Shown: positions 1-9,362 of the stretch, in pieces
Position numbering within the stretch: the stretch's first letter is position 1
Layout of the letters: each line of letters begins with the position of its first letter
Program-made: the position numbers and the translations under genes
Assembly: GCA_051294375.1 (NCBI GenBank)
Contig: CM119266.1
Location: 16,098,031 to 16,113,062, forward strand
Length of the DNA: 15,032 nucleotides
Origin: Paraspadella gotoi
Taxonomy: Eukaryota; Animalia; Chaetognatha
Direction: 5' to 3'
The notes under the pieces: model-generated
Seen by the model: only the letters and a program-made list of their open reading frames with translations
Database searches by the model: none
What the model was told of the DNA's origin: nothing

Positions 1-22
1 TCTCTCTTTCTCTCTTTCTCTG

Positions 23-63
<41 letters not shown>

Positions 64-215
64 CTCTCTCTTTCTCACCATATCTCATCATTCCTTCTCT
101 CTCTCTCTCTTTCTCACCTATTCCTCATTCCCCTTACTCCATCTCTCTCTCTCCTCTCCTCTCCTCTCTCTCCTCTGCTCATCTCTCTTCTCTCTACCTC
201 TCTCTCGTCTCTTAT
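1..215. repeat. Imperfect (CT)n/(GA)n microsatellite / polypyrimidine tract
   Basis: Interrupted TCTCTC runs visible from base 1; a further short (TC)n at about 331-363. Confidence 0.9.
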
Positions 216-1005
216 CTCTCTTCTTTCCTCCAACGCATTTCCATCATTCCATTTCCGGAACAGGGTTTGAGGTTTTTGGACTCCAGCCTTCAAAAACCCT
301 TGGAGAACCTTTTTCTTCTCTAAAAAAAAATCTCTCTCTCTCTCTCTATCTCGCTCTCTCTCTCCTACATGAATTTTGAATTTCGGAGGGGAAATCGGAA
401 ATTATTCTTCGGTAACCTGCCGCCCATCTCATTATCATCATCAACATTTTACCGCTCCGCTATTTTTCTTTAAACCTCTCTGGCGTCTTCAGCTTTCTAT
501 AACCTAATCGCGATAACCGTTTTCAGAAGAACAAAATCCAGACCAATAGCATGGATATTTTGAAGCCTCATCGAATTCAGCTACATCATTTTACTTCTTC
601 ATTTAAAGCCGTCTCCTTTTCCTATCTTTCTCTTTCCTTTTTTCTTGCTTTTTCTTGTTCTTTCTTCCGCTTCTTCCTTTTTTCTAAAAAATTATTTAAT
701 TTGTTTTCAAGATACTCTTTCCAAAGCACTTTTGCAGCCCAACGTCGTGATAATTAACCGAATTGCATATTTGAATTCAGAGCCCTTATTACATTAAGGC
801 ATCTCTTCCTTCCACTCACTTCCTCCCTGTCTCCACCTCCTCGCTCTCGCATCTCATCCCCCGGCTTTAATTTCTACTCTTTGGTTAACTTTTTCCTTAA
901 CTCCTAGGTATCGTTTTCCGTCCGTCTGATGATAGCTCCTTAGTCGTTTTACTCTTTTGCCGACGAAGGAGGTTCCGTTTTTTCGATCCTCCCACGCCCC
1001 TCTAG

Positions 1006-1014
1006 CTCTCCTCT

Positions 1015-1052
<38 letters not shown>

Positions 1053-1100
1053 ATCTCTCTCTTCTCTCTCTCTCTCTCATCTCTCCTCTCCTTCTCTCTT
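1006..1100. repeat. Imperfect (CT)n microsatellite
   Basis: ctctctctct... runs with a few interruptions. Confidence 0.9.
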
Positions 1101-1427
1101 GAAAGACTCTCTAAAACTTTATAATATTCCCCCCCGCAAAAGTTTGTTTTGTTGTATTTAAACTCACCCCTTCACCTGACTCTCCCTAACCTCTTACGAG
1201 CCAAACTTTTATTATACTTCACCTCACGCTATCTCCTATCCGCTCCACCATCAAATATCCCACCTACCCGCTCTTCTTGACGACCCCCCCCCTCTTCCGC
1301 CCTCGCCACAACGCAGGATCTCCCCGCTCATTTACATATTTTTCCATCCTTCCTCAAGGCACCTCGTCATTACCTTCTCATCCTCATTTTCCTCCTTCCC
1401 AAGGGCTTTCGAGAGTTTTTTTAGCAG

Positions 1428-1471
1428 ACGAGAGGAGAGAAAAGGAGAGAGAGAGACGGAGAGAGAGAGAG

Positions 1472-1516
<45 letters not shown>
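1428..1516. repeat. Imperfect (GA)n microsatellite
   Basis: gagagagaga... run; it accounts for the RERERE/LSLSLS stretches in several spurious ORFs. Confidence 0.92.
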
Positions 1517-1517
<1 letters not shown>

Positions 1518-2149
1518 AAGCAAGCGAAACTGTTTTACAGTTCGCTTTGCGTTTCTGGTCAGAAAACCAAGGAATTTTTTTTTCTCCCAAACAATGCAGT
1601 GTTTGTTTTTTTAGTCGTCAGGAGGTGCGAGCGAGGGGACGCGAGACCGGGGAGCGGGGTCACGGGTTCTGCGAGCGGAAGTCGTCGCATCGCTGGGTTG
1701 GAAAGTGTAAGTAAGGAGTGGAGCCGGTTCGAGAGAAAAAAAATTGGTGTTTATCATCCCATGAGCGGTTGTCATCATCAATCATCGAAAATTTGGTCCC
1801 CGAAACCAAAAAATCTTGATCAAGATATCATCGAGTTTCGCCCGCGAGACGAGGCTTCCAGTTATTCTTTGGAGAGGGGGGAGGTGTAGGCGGAATAGTG
1901 GGTGGAGTTAGTGAGTGGCGCCGGAAGGAGGGAGTGGTGGTTGGTGGTTGGTCAGCTGGCAACTGACGAGGGTGACGACGTTTAAACAGTGAGAACGGTT
2001 GTCTGCGGGCGGTGGACGAAAGATGGCGGGATTTCGGTGGATGAACGCGCGTCGATTTAGAGAGAAGGAGGAGCGACGAGTGGTTTCCCTTGGCGTACGA
2101 ATTCGATTAAAAAACTTGGAGCATTGGATGACAGCATTTGGAGTATTTT

Positions 2150-2565
2150 GTTGCGAATAAAATATCAAGACGCAACAATAACGGCAGTGGTGAAGAGTAT
2201 ATTCACTCAACGTCTTCACAAAACTAATTTATGATCAATTTTTTTGGTTAAAAATTAAAATAAAATGCTGAGTCAACAAATCGTTGTCGATAGCTTTATC
2301 ATTAAAATCAAGAATTCGAACTCGTATATGACGACTTCAGTAATAATAACNNNNNNNNNNATTCAGTTGCGAATACAATATCAAGACGCAACAATATCGG
2401 CAGTGATGAAGAGTATATTCACTCAACGTCTTCACAAAACTAATTTATGATCAATTTTTTTGTTAAAAATTAAAATATAAAGCTGAGTCAACAAATCGTT
2501 GTCGATAGCTTCGTCATTAAAATCAAGAATTCGAACTAGTATATGACGACTTCAGTAATAATAAC
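2150..2565 (+). repeat. ~200-bp direct duplication (2150-2350 vs 2366-2565) flanking a 10-N gap; probably an uncollapsed allelic overlap
   Basis: Both copies run gttgcgaata...cttcagtaataataac. By eye they differ at about 9 positions (8 substitutions, 1 indel). Copy 1 ends exactly at the N run at 2351-2360. Confidence 0.9.
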
Positions 2566-2943
2566 GACTGAGGTTATTGATTTTATATATTGTAATTAAT
2601 TAAAAAACTTNNNNNNNNNNNNNNNNNNNNNNNNNNNNNNNNNNNNNNNNNNNNNNNNNNNNNNNNNNNNNNNNNNNNNNNNNNNNNNNNNNNNNNNNNN
2701 NNNNNNNNNNNNNNNNNNNNNNNNNNNNNNNNNNNNNNNNNNNNNNNNNNNNNNNNNNNNNNNNNNNNNNNNNNNNNNNNNNNNNNNNNNNNNNNNNNNN
2801 NNNNNNNNNNNNNNNNNNNNNNNNNNNNNNNNNNNNNNNNNNNNNNNNNNNNNNNNNNNNNNNNNNNNNNNNNNNNNNNNCCTTTTTTGTTCCTTTTAAT
2901 TTCGGCGCTTGACTTTTTTCTTCTCGAGTGGAGGCTTCAAGGT

Positions 2944-3058
2944 TTTCCCGCCGAGAGAATTCTCAGAACAGAGCGACGGCGTCCTCGACCAATCGGTGAC
3001 TTTGTCGCCGTCTGGCCAACCAATAGGAAGACGGAAAAACGAACCTCGAGGCGCCAAA
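2944..3058. promoter_or_regulatory. Candidate promoter module: two E2F-consensus sites flanking two CCAAT boxes
   Basis: TTTCCCGC at 2944-2951 and GCGCCAAA (reverse TTTGGCGC) at 3051-3058 both fit TTTSSCGC. gaCCAATcgg (CCAAT 2989-2993) and aaCCAATagg (3020-3024) are 31 bp apart in the same orientation. The context is locally CpG-rich. Motif matches only. Confidence 0.35.
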
Positions 3059-3930
3059 CGTTTTTTTTTCCCCCTTCCTTTTCGTTTTTCTTTTCTTCCT
3101 TTTCTTCTTTTAAAATTCGGATATTCCGCTCTGAGCGACGAAAAAATGCCCGTCGGTCGTGACGTTTGTGTTTTGTTATTTGATCGCGAGAAAAGAAGAA
3201 GGCGTAACGCCAAAAATATCGCTATTGCGTTACGTGTTGCGGAAATCAATCTTCTAATTGCCGGCGCAGCGTAAAGGATTGCTTTCGCTTTCATTTCCTG
3301 GATCCAAATGCACCCACCCTTCTTTCTGAAGCCTTTGCTTTATCCCTCAACCTTTCGTTCAATCATTCAATCCCTTCCTAATTTGTTTCCTTATTCCTTT
3401 ACTTTCTTCTCAGGCTTCATTTTGCACAAAACTTTTCATATGATCGTTCGATTATCTTTATTATCTTTATTATGTCGAGTCTTTTGGAAAGAATTGAGGA
3501 ATCTTAATCTAGTTGCACCTGGTAGAAGATGCGTAGTACTAAATAGTAAATTACGCAAAAGAGAATCGTGCAATTAAAAGCAGAGAATTATTCTCGCAGC
3601 AAGAAAAACAAGGACGAGGTTATGACTTGATGGGAGAAGAAAACCTTTCGCCGAACGATGGAAAAACACAGAACCTTACCAACCCCATCCCCCTCACCCT
3701 CAAAAAAACTTTTCCTCTCTCCCCTTCTCCTTTATTTTTCCAACTCTTTTCCCTTTTTGGTCTTTTGTTAATTTTCCCGGCGTCACTCGTCGCGCCCCCA
3801 AAGGGAAAAAGAAATTCTAACGAAATGAGCATCCACGAGGCTTTCACTAAAAAGGTGCCCAATTGGTGGCGCGGGTTTGGAAAATCAAAAACAAAAACAA
3901 AAACAAACGAACGAGGGAGGGAATGTGTTT

Positions 3931-3992
3931 GGGAGAGAGGGAGGGAGGGAGGGAGTGAGGGAGAGAGAGAGAGAGAGATAGAGAGAGAGAGA
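3931..3992. repeat. (GGGA)n/(GA)n purine-rich microsatellite
   Basis: gggagagagggagggagggagggagtgaggg followed by gagagagaga. Confidence 0.85.
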
Positions 3993-5763
3993 CGCGGACG
4001 GAAAAGCATACACAAGTAAAAAGCATAATTTTAATAGCTTAAGAAAGCCTACACGGGGAAACCGTTTGATTAAAAAATAAATTCGTTTGAGAGAAAAAAA
4101 AGTGAAAAAAAAATTAAAAAAGGGAAACGAGATCCAAGGAAGCGTCGGCCTGGAATCCAGGAAACCGGGAGATTAGGCAAAAAGGATAAAAACACAAATT
4201 AGTCTTGGAATTGAAAGAAGGAAATAAAAATAACGGGAGAGAGAGAGNNNNNNNNNNNNNNNNNNNNNNNNNNNNNNNNNNNNNNNNNNNNNNNNNNNNN
4301 NNNNNNNNNNNNNNNNNNNNNNNNNNNNNNNNNNNNNNNNNNNNNNNNNNNNNNNNNNNNNNNNNNNNNNNNNNNNNNNNNNNNNNNNNNNNNNNNNNNN
4401 NNNNNNNNNNNNNNNNNNNNNNNNNGAGAGAACAAAATTTTGGAACCAATTTTTTTAATTGCGATTGAATGAAGGGCGTCTCGCTGGTTTCTTTTTTATA
4501 TAATAAACAGATTAAAAATAACCTTTTTTTTTAAATTTCTCGCCAGTTGACCCGAAACTCATGACTAATAAATATTCAAATATTATATACATCGCTGTCA
4601 TCATGATCATCATTCTCATTTAAGAATACAAAATCTCACTTCATCTGTAAAAAAAAAAAACTGTTGCCTACTCGTACTTAGGGTGTTAACAACGAATCCA
4701 ATCCTAAGCAACCGTCTGAAACCCAAATGCCCTTTAACCCTCCCCCCCCACCCGCCCCCCTTTCCTCGCTTGTTTCGAAGTTCGTCGTCGCTTGTTATTC
4801 AATCCATTGAAGCAGATTTTTTCTCATTACCTTGGGAAAAGAATTTTTTAGTCTCCCTCCGTCGTNNNNNNNNNNNNNNNNNNNNNNNNNNNNNNNNNNN
4901 NNNNNNNNNNNNNNNNNNNNNNNNNNNNNNNNNNNNNNNNNNNNNNNNNNNNNNNNNNNNNNNNNNNNNNNNNNNNNNNNNNNNNNNNNNNNNNNNNNNN
5001 NNNNNNNNNNNNNNNNNNNNNNNNNNNNNNNNNNNNNNNNNNNNNNNNNNNNNNNNNNNNNNNNNNNNNNNNNNNNNNNNNNNNNNNNNNNNNNNNNNNN
5101 NNNNNNNNNNNNNNNNNNNNNNNNNNNNNNNNNNNNNNNNNNNNNNNNNNNNNNNNNNNNNNNNNNNNNNNNNNNNNNNNNNNNNNNNNNNNNNNNNNNN
5201 NNNNNNNNNNNNNNNNNNNNNNNNNNNTTTCCATTTTTTTTATTTATTGACCCATTTCTATGTGTCCCAATCCCAATAACTATGGATACATACGTACAAC
5301 AATCTTAAATTTTGAAGAACTTTTTCAGGTGACAGTTGCCATTCTTCATTTTCCATTTTTGTTTAGACCGACGAAGATTCTTGATGATTGTCGGCGCCTG
5401 CGACGTCAAAATCNNNNNNNNNNNNNNNNNNNNNNNNNNNNNNNNNNNNNNNNNNNNNNNNNNNNNNNNNNNNNNNNNNNNNNNNNNNNNNNNNNNNNNN
5501 NNNNNNNNNNNNNNNNNNNNNNNNNNNNNNNNNNNNNNNNNNNNNNNNNNNNNNNNNNNNNNNNNNNNNNNNNNNNNNNNNNNNNNNNNNNNNNNNNNNN
5601 NNNNNNNNNNNNNNNNNNNNNNNATACAAAAAAGAGAAAGAAAAATCCGACGAAATTAGGCTCCAAAAGTGGGTCTCATTATGTAAATCGCGAGGTTCAC
5701 TTTTTTTCGGCTCAAGATTGTTTAAGCCACTTAATTTACATGACGGGCACGTCGGAAGCCGGG

Positions 5764-5767
5764 GACT

Positions 5768-5796
<29 letters not shown>
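5764..5796. repeat. (GAC)n trinucleotide microsatellite
   Basis: gactacgacgacgacgacgacgacgacgacgac. Confidence 0.9.
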
Positions 5797-5798
<2 letters not shown>

Positions 5799-6792
5799 GT
5801 CGGCGATGATGAAGACCTCGAACAAGAAGCGAAGTCAGCATTGGTCCTAAATTGTGAACGCATTTATTGCGTAAAGACTTAAGTGCTAACGATGTGTTTA
5901 GAATATTTAGCAGTAATTCTNNNNNNNNNNNNNNNNNNNNNNNNNNNNNNNNNNNNNNNNNNNNNNNNNNNNNNNNNNNNNNNNNNNNNNNNNNNNNNNN
6001 NNNNNNNNNNNNNNNNNNNNNNNNNNNNNNNNNNNNNNNNNNNNNNNNNNNNNNNNNNNNNNNNNNNNNNNNNNNNNNNNNNNNNNNNNNNNNNNNNNNN
6101 NNNNNNNNNNNNNNNNNNNNNNNNNNNNNNNNNNNNNNNNNNNNNNNNNNNNNNNNNNNNNNNNNNNNNNNNNNNNNNNNNNNNNNNNNNNNNNNNNNNN
6201 NNNNNNNNNNNNNNNNNNNNNNNNNNNNNNNNNNNNNNNNNNNNNNNNNNNNNNNNNNNNNNNNNNNNNNNNNNNNNNNNNNNNNNNNNNNNNNNNNNNN
6301 NNNNNNNNNNNNNNNNNNNNNNNNNNNNNNNNNNNNNNNNNNNNNNNNNNNNNNNNNNNNNNNNNNNNNNNNNNNNNNNNNNNAAAAAAAATAAAACTCG
6401 GAAGGAATCAAAAATGCAAATTACAGTTTAACTTTAAGAAAAATAAAATGAAAATAAAATTGTTATTCAATTCCCGTTGATCCACGTTTTCACGTTTCCT
6501 CCCACTTTTTAGTTGGGATTTTTTGGTGAGGGAGCGGCGAGTGATTGGTGGGTTATGGGTGAGACCATTAGTCAATTTAGTGATTAGTTTCTTCATCTGT
6601 AAATTTGTAGATAAAAATTAATTCACGATTTCTTTTTCATTCATGTTTATTCAATATTTACTCAAATTTTTTTTTGAAATTATTTAACTTTCTACACTCT
6701 ACTAGGTACAAACCGCAACACTTTTTTTCATTTTAAAATAATTTTAAACTTTAAATGCTGAATACTGTTTCGATCAGTTTTTTGGGTTTTTT

Positions 6793-6828
6793 GTTTTTGT
6801 TTGTTTGTTTGTTTGTTTGTTTTTGTTT
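6793..6828. repeat. (GTTT)n microsatellite in the putative 3' UTR of gene A
   Basis: gtttgtttgtttgttt run just past the gene A stop codon. Confidence 0.85.
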
Positions 6829-6842
6829 AATTATTCTTCAGA

Positions 6843-6848
6843 TTTATT
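6843..6848 (-). other. Candidate polyadenylation signal (AATAAA) for gene A; alternative at 6646-6651
   Basis: tttatt on the + strand is AATAAA on the - strand, downstream of the TGA at 6857-6859. The background is AT-rich, so this is weak. Confidence 0.35.
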
Positions 6849-6856
6849 TTTTGTCT

Positions 6857-8614
6857 TCATAACCGCCATGATTGCCGACACGTATTTTTCTCTCCCTTTG
6901 ACCGACAGGAAAAATGTCGATTCTTCAGATTTCTGTTTTGACGAAGATCCCCTTCGACACTCTTCCTTAGAAGCGCCGCATTGTTTTTTGCGGCACCTCT
7001 GGCAGAGTCGTCACTGCTCTGCCGTGTAGCGAATGTCGCTGAGCGGCGTGAAAATATCCAAGCGTCGGAGGCAGCGTGCTCAACCTCTCGTGATTCGCTA
7101 AAAATTGACGGACGCCAATGTGGCGCCTTAGAAAGCCGGCTACGAATCTTCGTCGAATCGAGAACTTCGTTTCGAGACTTTGGAAATAAAGCGACGCCGA
7201 CGTTGCTGCTGCGACCGCGATCGCCTCCACTCCAAGAAAAGTCGGCGACTCCGAAATTTTGATTTTCGTTTCCCTCATTGACCTTGACGCTCACTCGTTT
7301 TTCCGACGCGTGGCGTTGTCCACGAGTTGAAGATTTCGTCGAAGCTTTCGTCGAAGCTTTCGTCGACTCTCCGAATTTGACTCCCCTGTGAGGGCGTCGA
7401 GATGGCGCTCTTTTAGTGGTTTCCTTGTCGACGTCGTCGTCGATGTCAAAGTCGTCGAAACCGTAGACAGTGGCTTCGCTCCAGATGGTCTTCCCTCTGT
7501 AGGCGCCGAACGAGGATCGCCAAGATTCGCGTTCGAAACGACGATCGAATTTCGTTTCCGATTCCGAGTTTAATGAGTCGAAGGTTTCTCTCCGCGTCAG
7601 CGATCCAGAGCTTCTCTCTCCCGAAGGCGCGTCGGTCAAACTTGCGACGTCTTCGATTTGGTCGCTGCCACTCCCGCGACCACGCCCACCGCTTTCCCGC
7701 TTTTTTTTCGCTCCTCTTCTTCCGGATTTCGTAGTCGCTCCTCCGCTTTCCCTCTTTAACTGACTATCAGTCGCAGACTCCGGCTCCACCAGCTTCTCAA
7801 CCTCCGCTCCAGCGACGTCCTCTTTCAAAGTCGCGGCTCCTGCGGCTTCGTCTCCAGCATCGAGGCCACTGGAATCTCTCGTAGCGTCCTTTTCCCGGCC
7901 TTTTTCTCCCAGCACACCCCGGATGGCCTCTTCCAATTGAGCTTCTTTTCCCCCGGAACGACGCTGGTCGACGTCTCGGTGGCGATCGGCCTCTTTGGAA
8001 GACGAATCCCTTTTATCCTCCCGCTTTTCTCCCGAAAAAGGAAAATCGACGCCTTCTTCCGCATCTTCCCGTCCATTCTTTTCCTTGACTTTTGTTTTTT
8101 CTTTTATTTCCCCGTCTTCTTCTTCTTCCTCCAATTTTCCTTCTTTCTCTAATAGTCTTCTTTCCTCTTCGTCTTTTCCTTCTTCGTCTCCTTCTTCCCC
8201 CTCCTCCGTCTCTTCTTCCACCTCCTCCTCCACTTCTTCTTCTACATTTTTCCCTCCTGTCCTCTCTTCTTCCTCCATCATCTCCTGACTTATCTCTTCT
8301 TTTATTTCCTCCTCTCCTTCCTCGAATTCTTGATCGAGGTCCGCTTCCTCGTCGGCCAGAGTCTTGATCGAACTGTCGGTCGGCGAAGGCTCCAAAAGTC
8401 TCGGCCCTCTGTCGTCGGCGACGTCATCGGCCAAAGCGAAGATCCTCGTCGCTTCTCTCTCGGCCTCTGCGTCCGGCAGCTGCGTGCGGCGCCGACGCCC
8501 TCCCCATCCGGCGACTCGATAACGGATTTCCCATAAGCGCCGGATCGAATCGCCGGGAGCGTCCGGCTGCCGAGGAGATTGACGGCGGGCCATATTGCCG
8601 GTCCAGAGCGACAC
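6857..8614 (-). CDS. Gene A exon 2 (585 codons + stop): uncharacterised, largely disordered, Glu-rich protein; paralog of gene B
   Basis: 1758-nt GC-rich ORF set in AT-rich flanks. It begins directly after cattag| (phase-0 acceptor). It carries blocks shared with gene B: RLWEIRYRVAGWGGRRR, and WRSSFGAYRGKTIW at 7481-7522. It has a long EEE tract and a basic Ser/Arg-rich C-terminus. Confidence 0.88.
   Translation of the reverse strand: MSLWTGNMARRQSPRQPDAPGDSIRRLWEIRYRVAGWGGRRRRTQLPDAEAEREATRIFALADDVADDRGPRLLEPSPTDSSIKTLADEEADLDQEFEEGEEEIKEEISQEMMEEEERTGGKNVEEEVEEEVEEETEEGEEGDEEGKDEEERRLLEKEGKLEEEEEDGEIKEKTKVKEKNGREDAEEGVDFPFSGEKREDKRDSSSKEADRHRDVDQRRSGGKEAQLEEAIRGVLGEKGREKDATRDSSGLDAGDEAAGAATLKEDVAGAEVEKLVEPESATDSQLKRESGGATTKSGRRGAKKKRESGGRGRGSGSDQIEDVASLTDAPSGERSSGSLTRRETFDSLNSESETKFDRRFERESWRSSFGAYRGKTIWSEATVYGFDDFDIDDDVDKETTKRAPSRRPHRGVKFGESTKASTKASTKSSTRGQRHASEKRVSVKVNEGNENQNFGVADFSWSGGDRGRSSNVGVALFPKSRNEVLDSTKIRSRLSKAPHWRPSIFSESREVEHAASDAWIFSRRSATFATRQSSDDSARGAAKNNAALLRKSVEGDLRQNRNLKNRHFSCRSKGEKNTCRQSWRL
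7334..7366 (-). repeat. 12-bp coding tandem repeat (STKA-STKA-STK) in gene A
   Basis: tttcgtcgaagc x2.75 on the + strand. Confidence 0.8.
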
Positions 8615-8888
8615 CTAATGTGGATTTTTTCAATACTAACAAAGAGCCAAATTTATAATCCAACAAAATTTATAATCTAAAAAACTTAAGAAAGTGAAAC
8701 TAATAATCTTGCAATTTTCATAATATTATTTTTTCCTACTTTTTATTAAAAAGAATTAACTGCGTTTGTATTTATTCCACAGTTTCTCCATTGCTTCATT
8801 TCTTGCGGATTTAAACTATTTTTCTTTTCCATTTCCTCTACTTCCCTTTTCTCTTTTAGTATCCATATTTCTATTTCATTATTCCAAC
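8615..8888 (-). other. Gene A intron 1 (274 nt, phase 0, GT-AG)
   Basis: Donor CAG|GTTGGA and acceptor cattag|GTG, with an AT-rich interior. Splicing joins ...GAGDDQ to VSLWTGN... in frame and keeps the protein colinear with gene B. Confidence 0.75.
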
Positions 8889-9107
8889 CTGATCGTCTCC
8901 AGCTCCATAGCTTCCAAACCCGGCGAGCCGCCCACTTTTGAGCCTCCGTCCTGCGTAGGACGACGCTGCAGGGACGCCTGCGCCGCCGCACCACCGCGGG
9001 GCGGCAGCGTGCGGCGCGAAGTGACTGGCGTTCTTAAGGATTTCTCGTTTGTTATAAGGTGGTCCGGTGGAACCCAGGTAAACCACGGATTTCGAAACGT
9101 GAGACAT
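8889..9107 (-). CDS. Gene A exon 1 (73 codons, MSHVSKSVVYLGSTGPPYNKREILKNASHFAPHAAAPRW...)
   Basis: ATG at 9107 in aatATG context, within a GC-rich island. Residues 11-45 align without gaps to gene B residues 17-51 (16/35 identical by eye), which fixes the reading frame. Confidence 0.82.
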
Positions 9108-9362
9108 ATTATTGTAAAATGTCTCGAGTTAAAAAAAAATTTCATTTAATGTTCAAAAACATTAATGGCTTCAGTCCTTCTCAATCAAATTAAATTATGA
9201 CAGTTTTGTAATGATGGTTTGTAATTTAACTTCAAAAATGCGATCAACAATTTTTTTTTAAAAATATACCGATCCAGGTTTCTTGTCTTGTCTTTCTATA
9301 GTTATGTGGAAATGAAATTACGATAAAACGAAAGACGATAAAACTATCGAGTAAGGAAGGTA

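Larger units (their letters stand above)
2611..6383. other. Fragmented region with assembly gaps: N at 2611-2880, 4248-4425, 4866-5227, 5414-5623, 5921-6383
   Basis: N runs seen directly. The 4248-4425 gap is bordered by (GA)n on both sides, which suggests an unresolved microsatellite. Confidence 0.95.

Noticed and set aside
271-298. Hairpin ggtttttgga-ctccagcc-ttcaaaaacc; similar short inverted repeats at 3203-3234 and 4149-4161
   Set aside because: Stems of 10 bp or less are expected by chance, and there is no RNA-gene context.
551-4019. Numerous 60-145-aa ORFs (RERERE, LSLSLS, FFFS- or KKK-rich)
   Set aside because: They are translations of microsatellites and homopolymer tracts, many lack an ATG start, and none has a recognisable motif or supported exon chain.
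5740-5850. Short ORF MTGTSEAGDYDDDDDDDDDGSAMMKTSNKKRSQHWS
   Set aside because: The poly-Asp comes from a (GAC)n microsatellite of a type seen elsewhere in the window outside the genes. The segment is isolated between gaps with no further support.
4114-6431. ORFs made mostly of X
   Set aside because: Artefacts of reading through N gaps.
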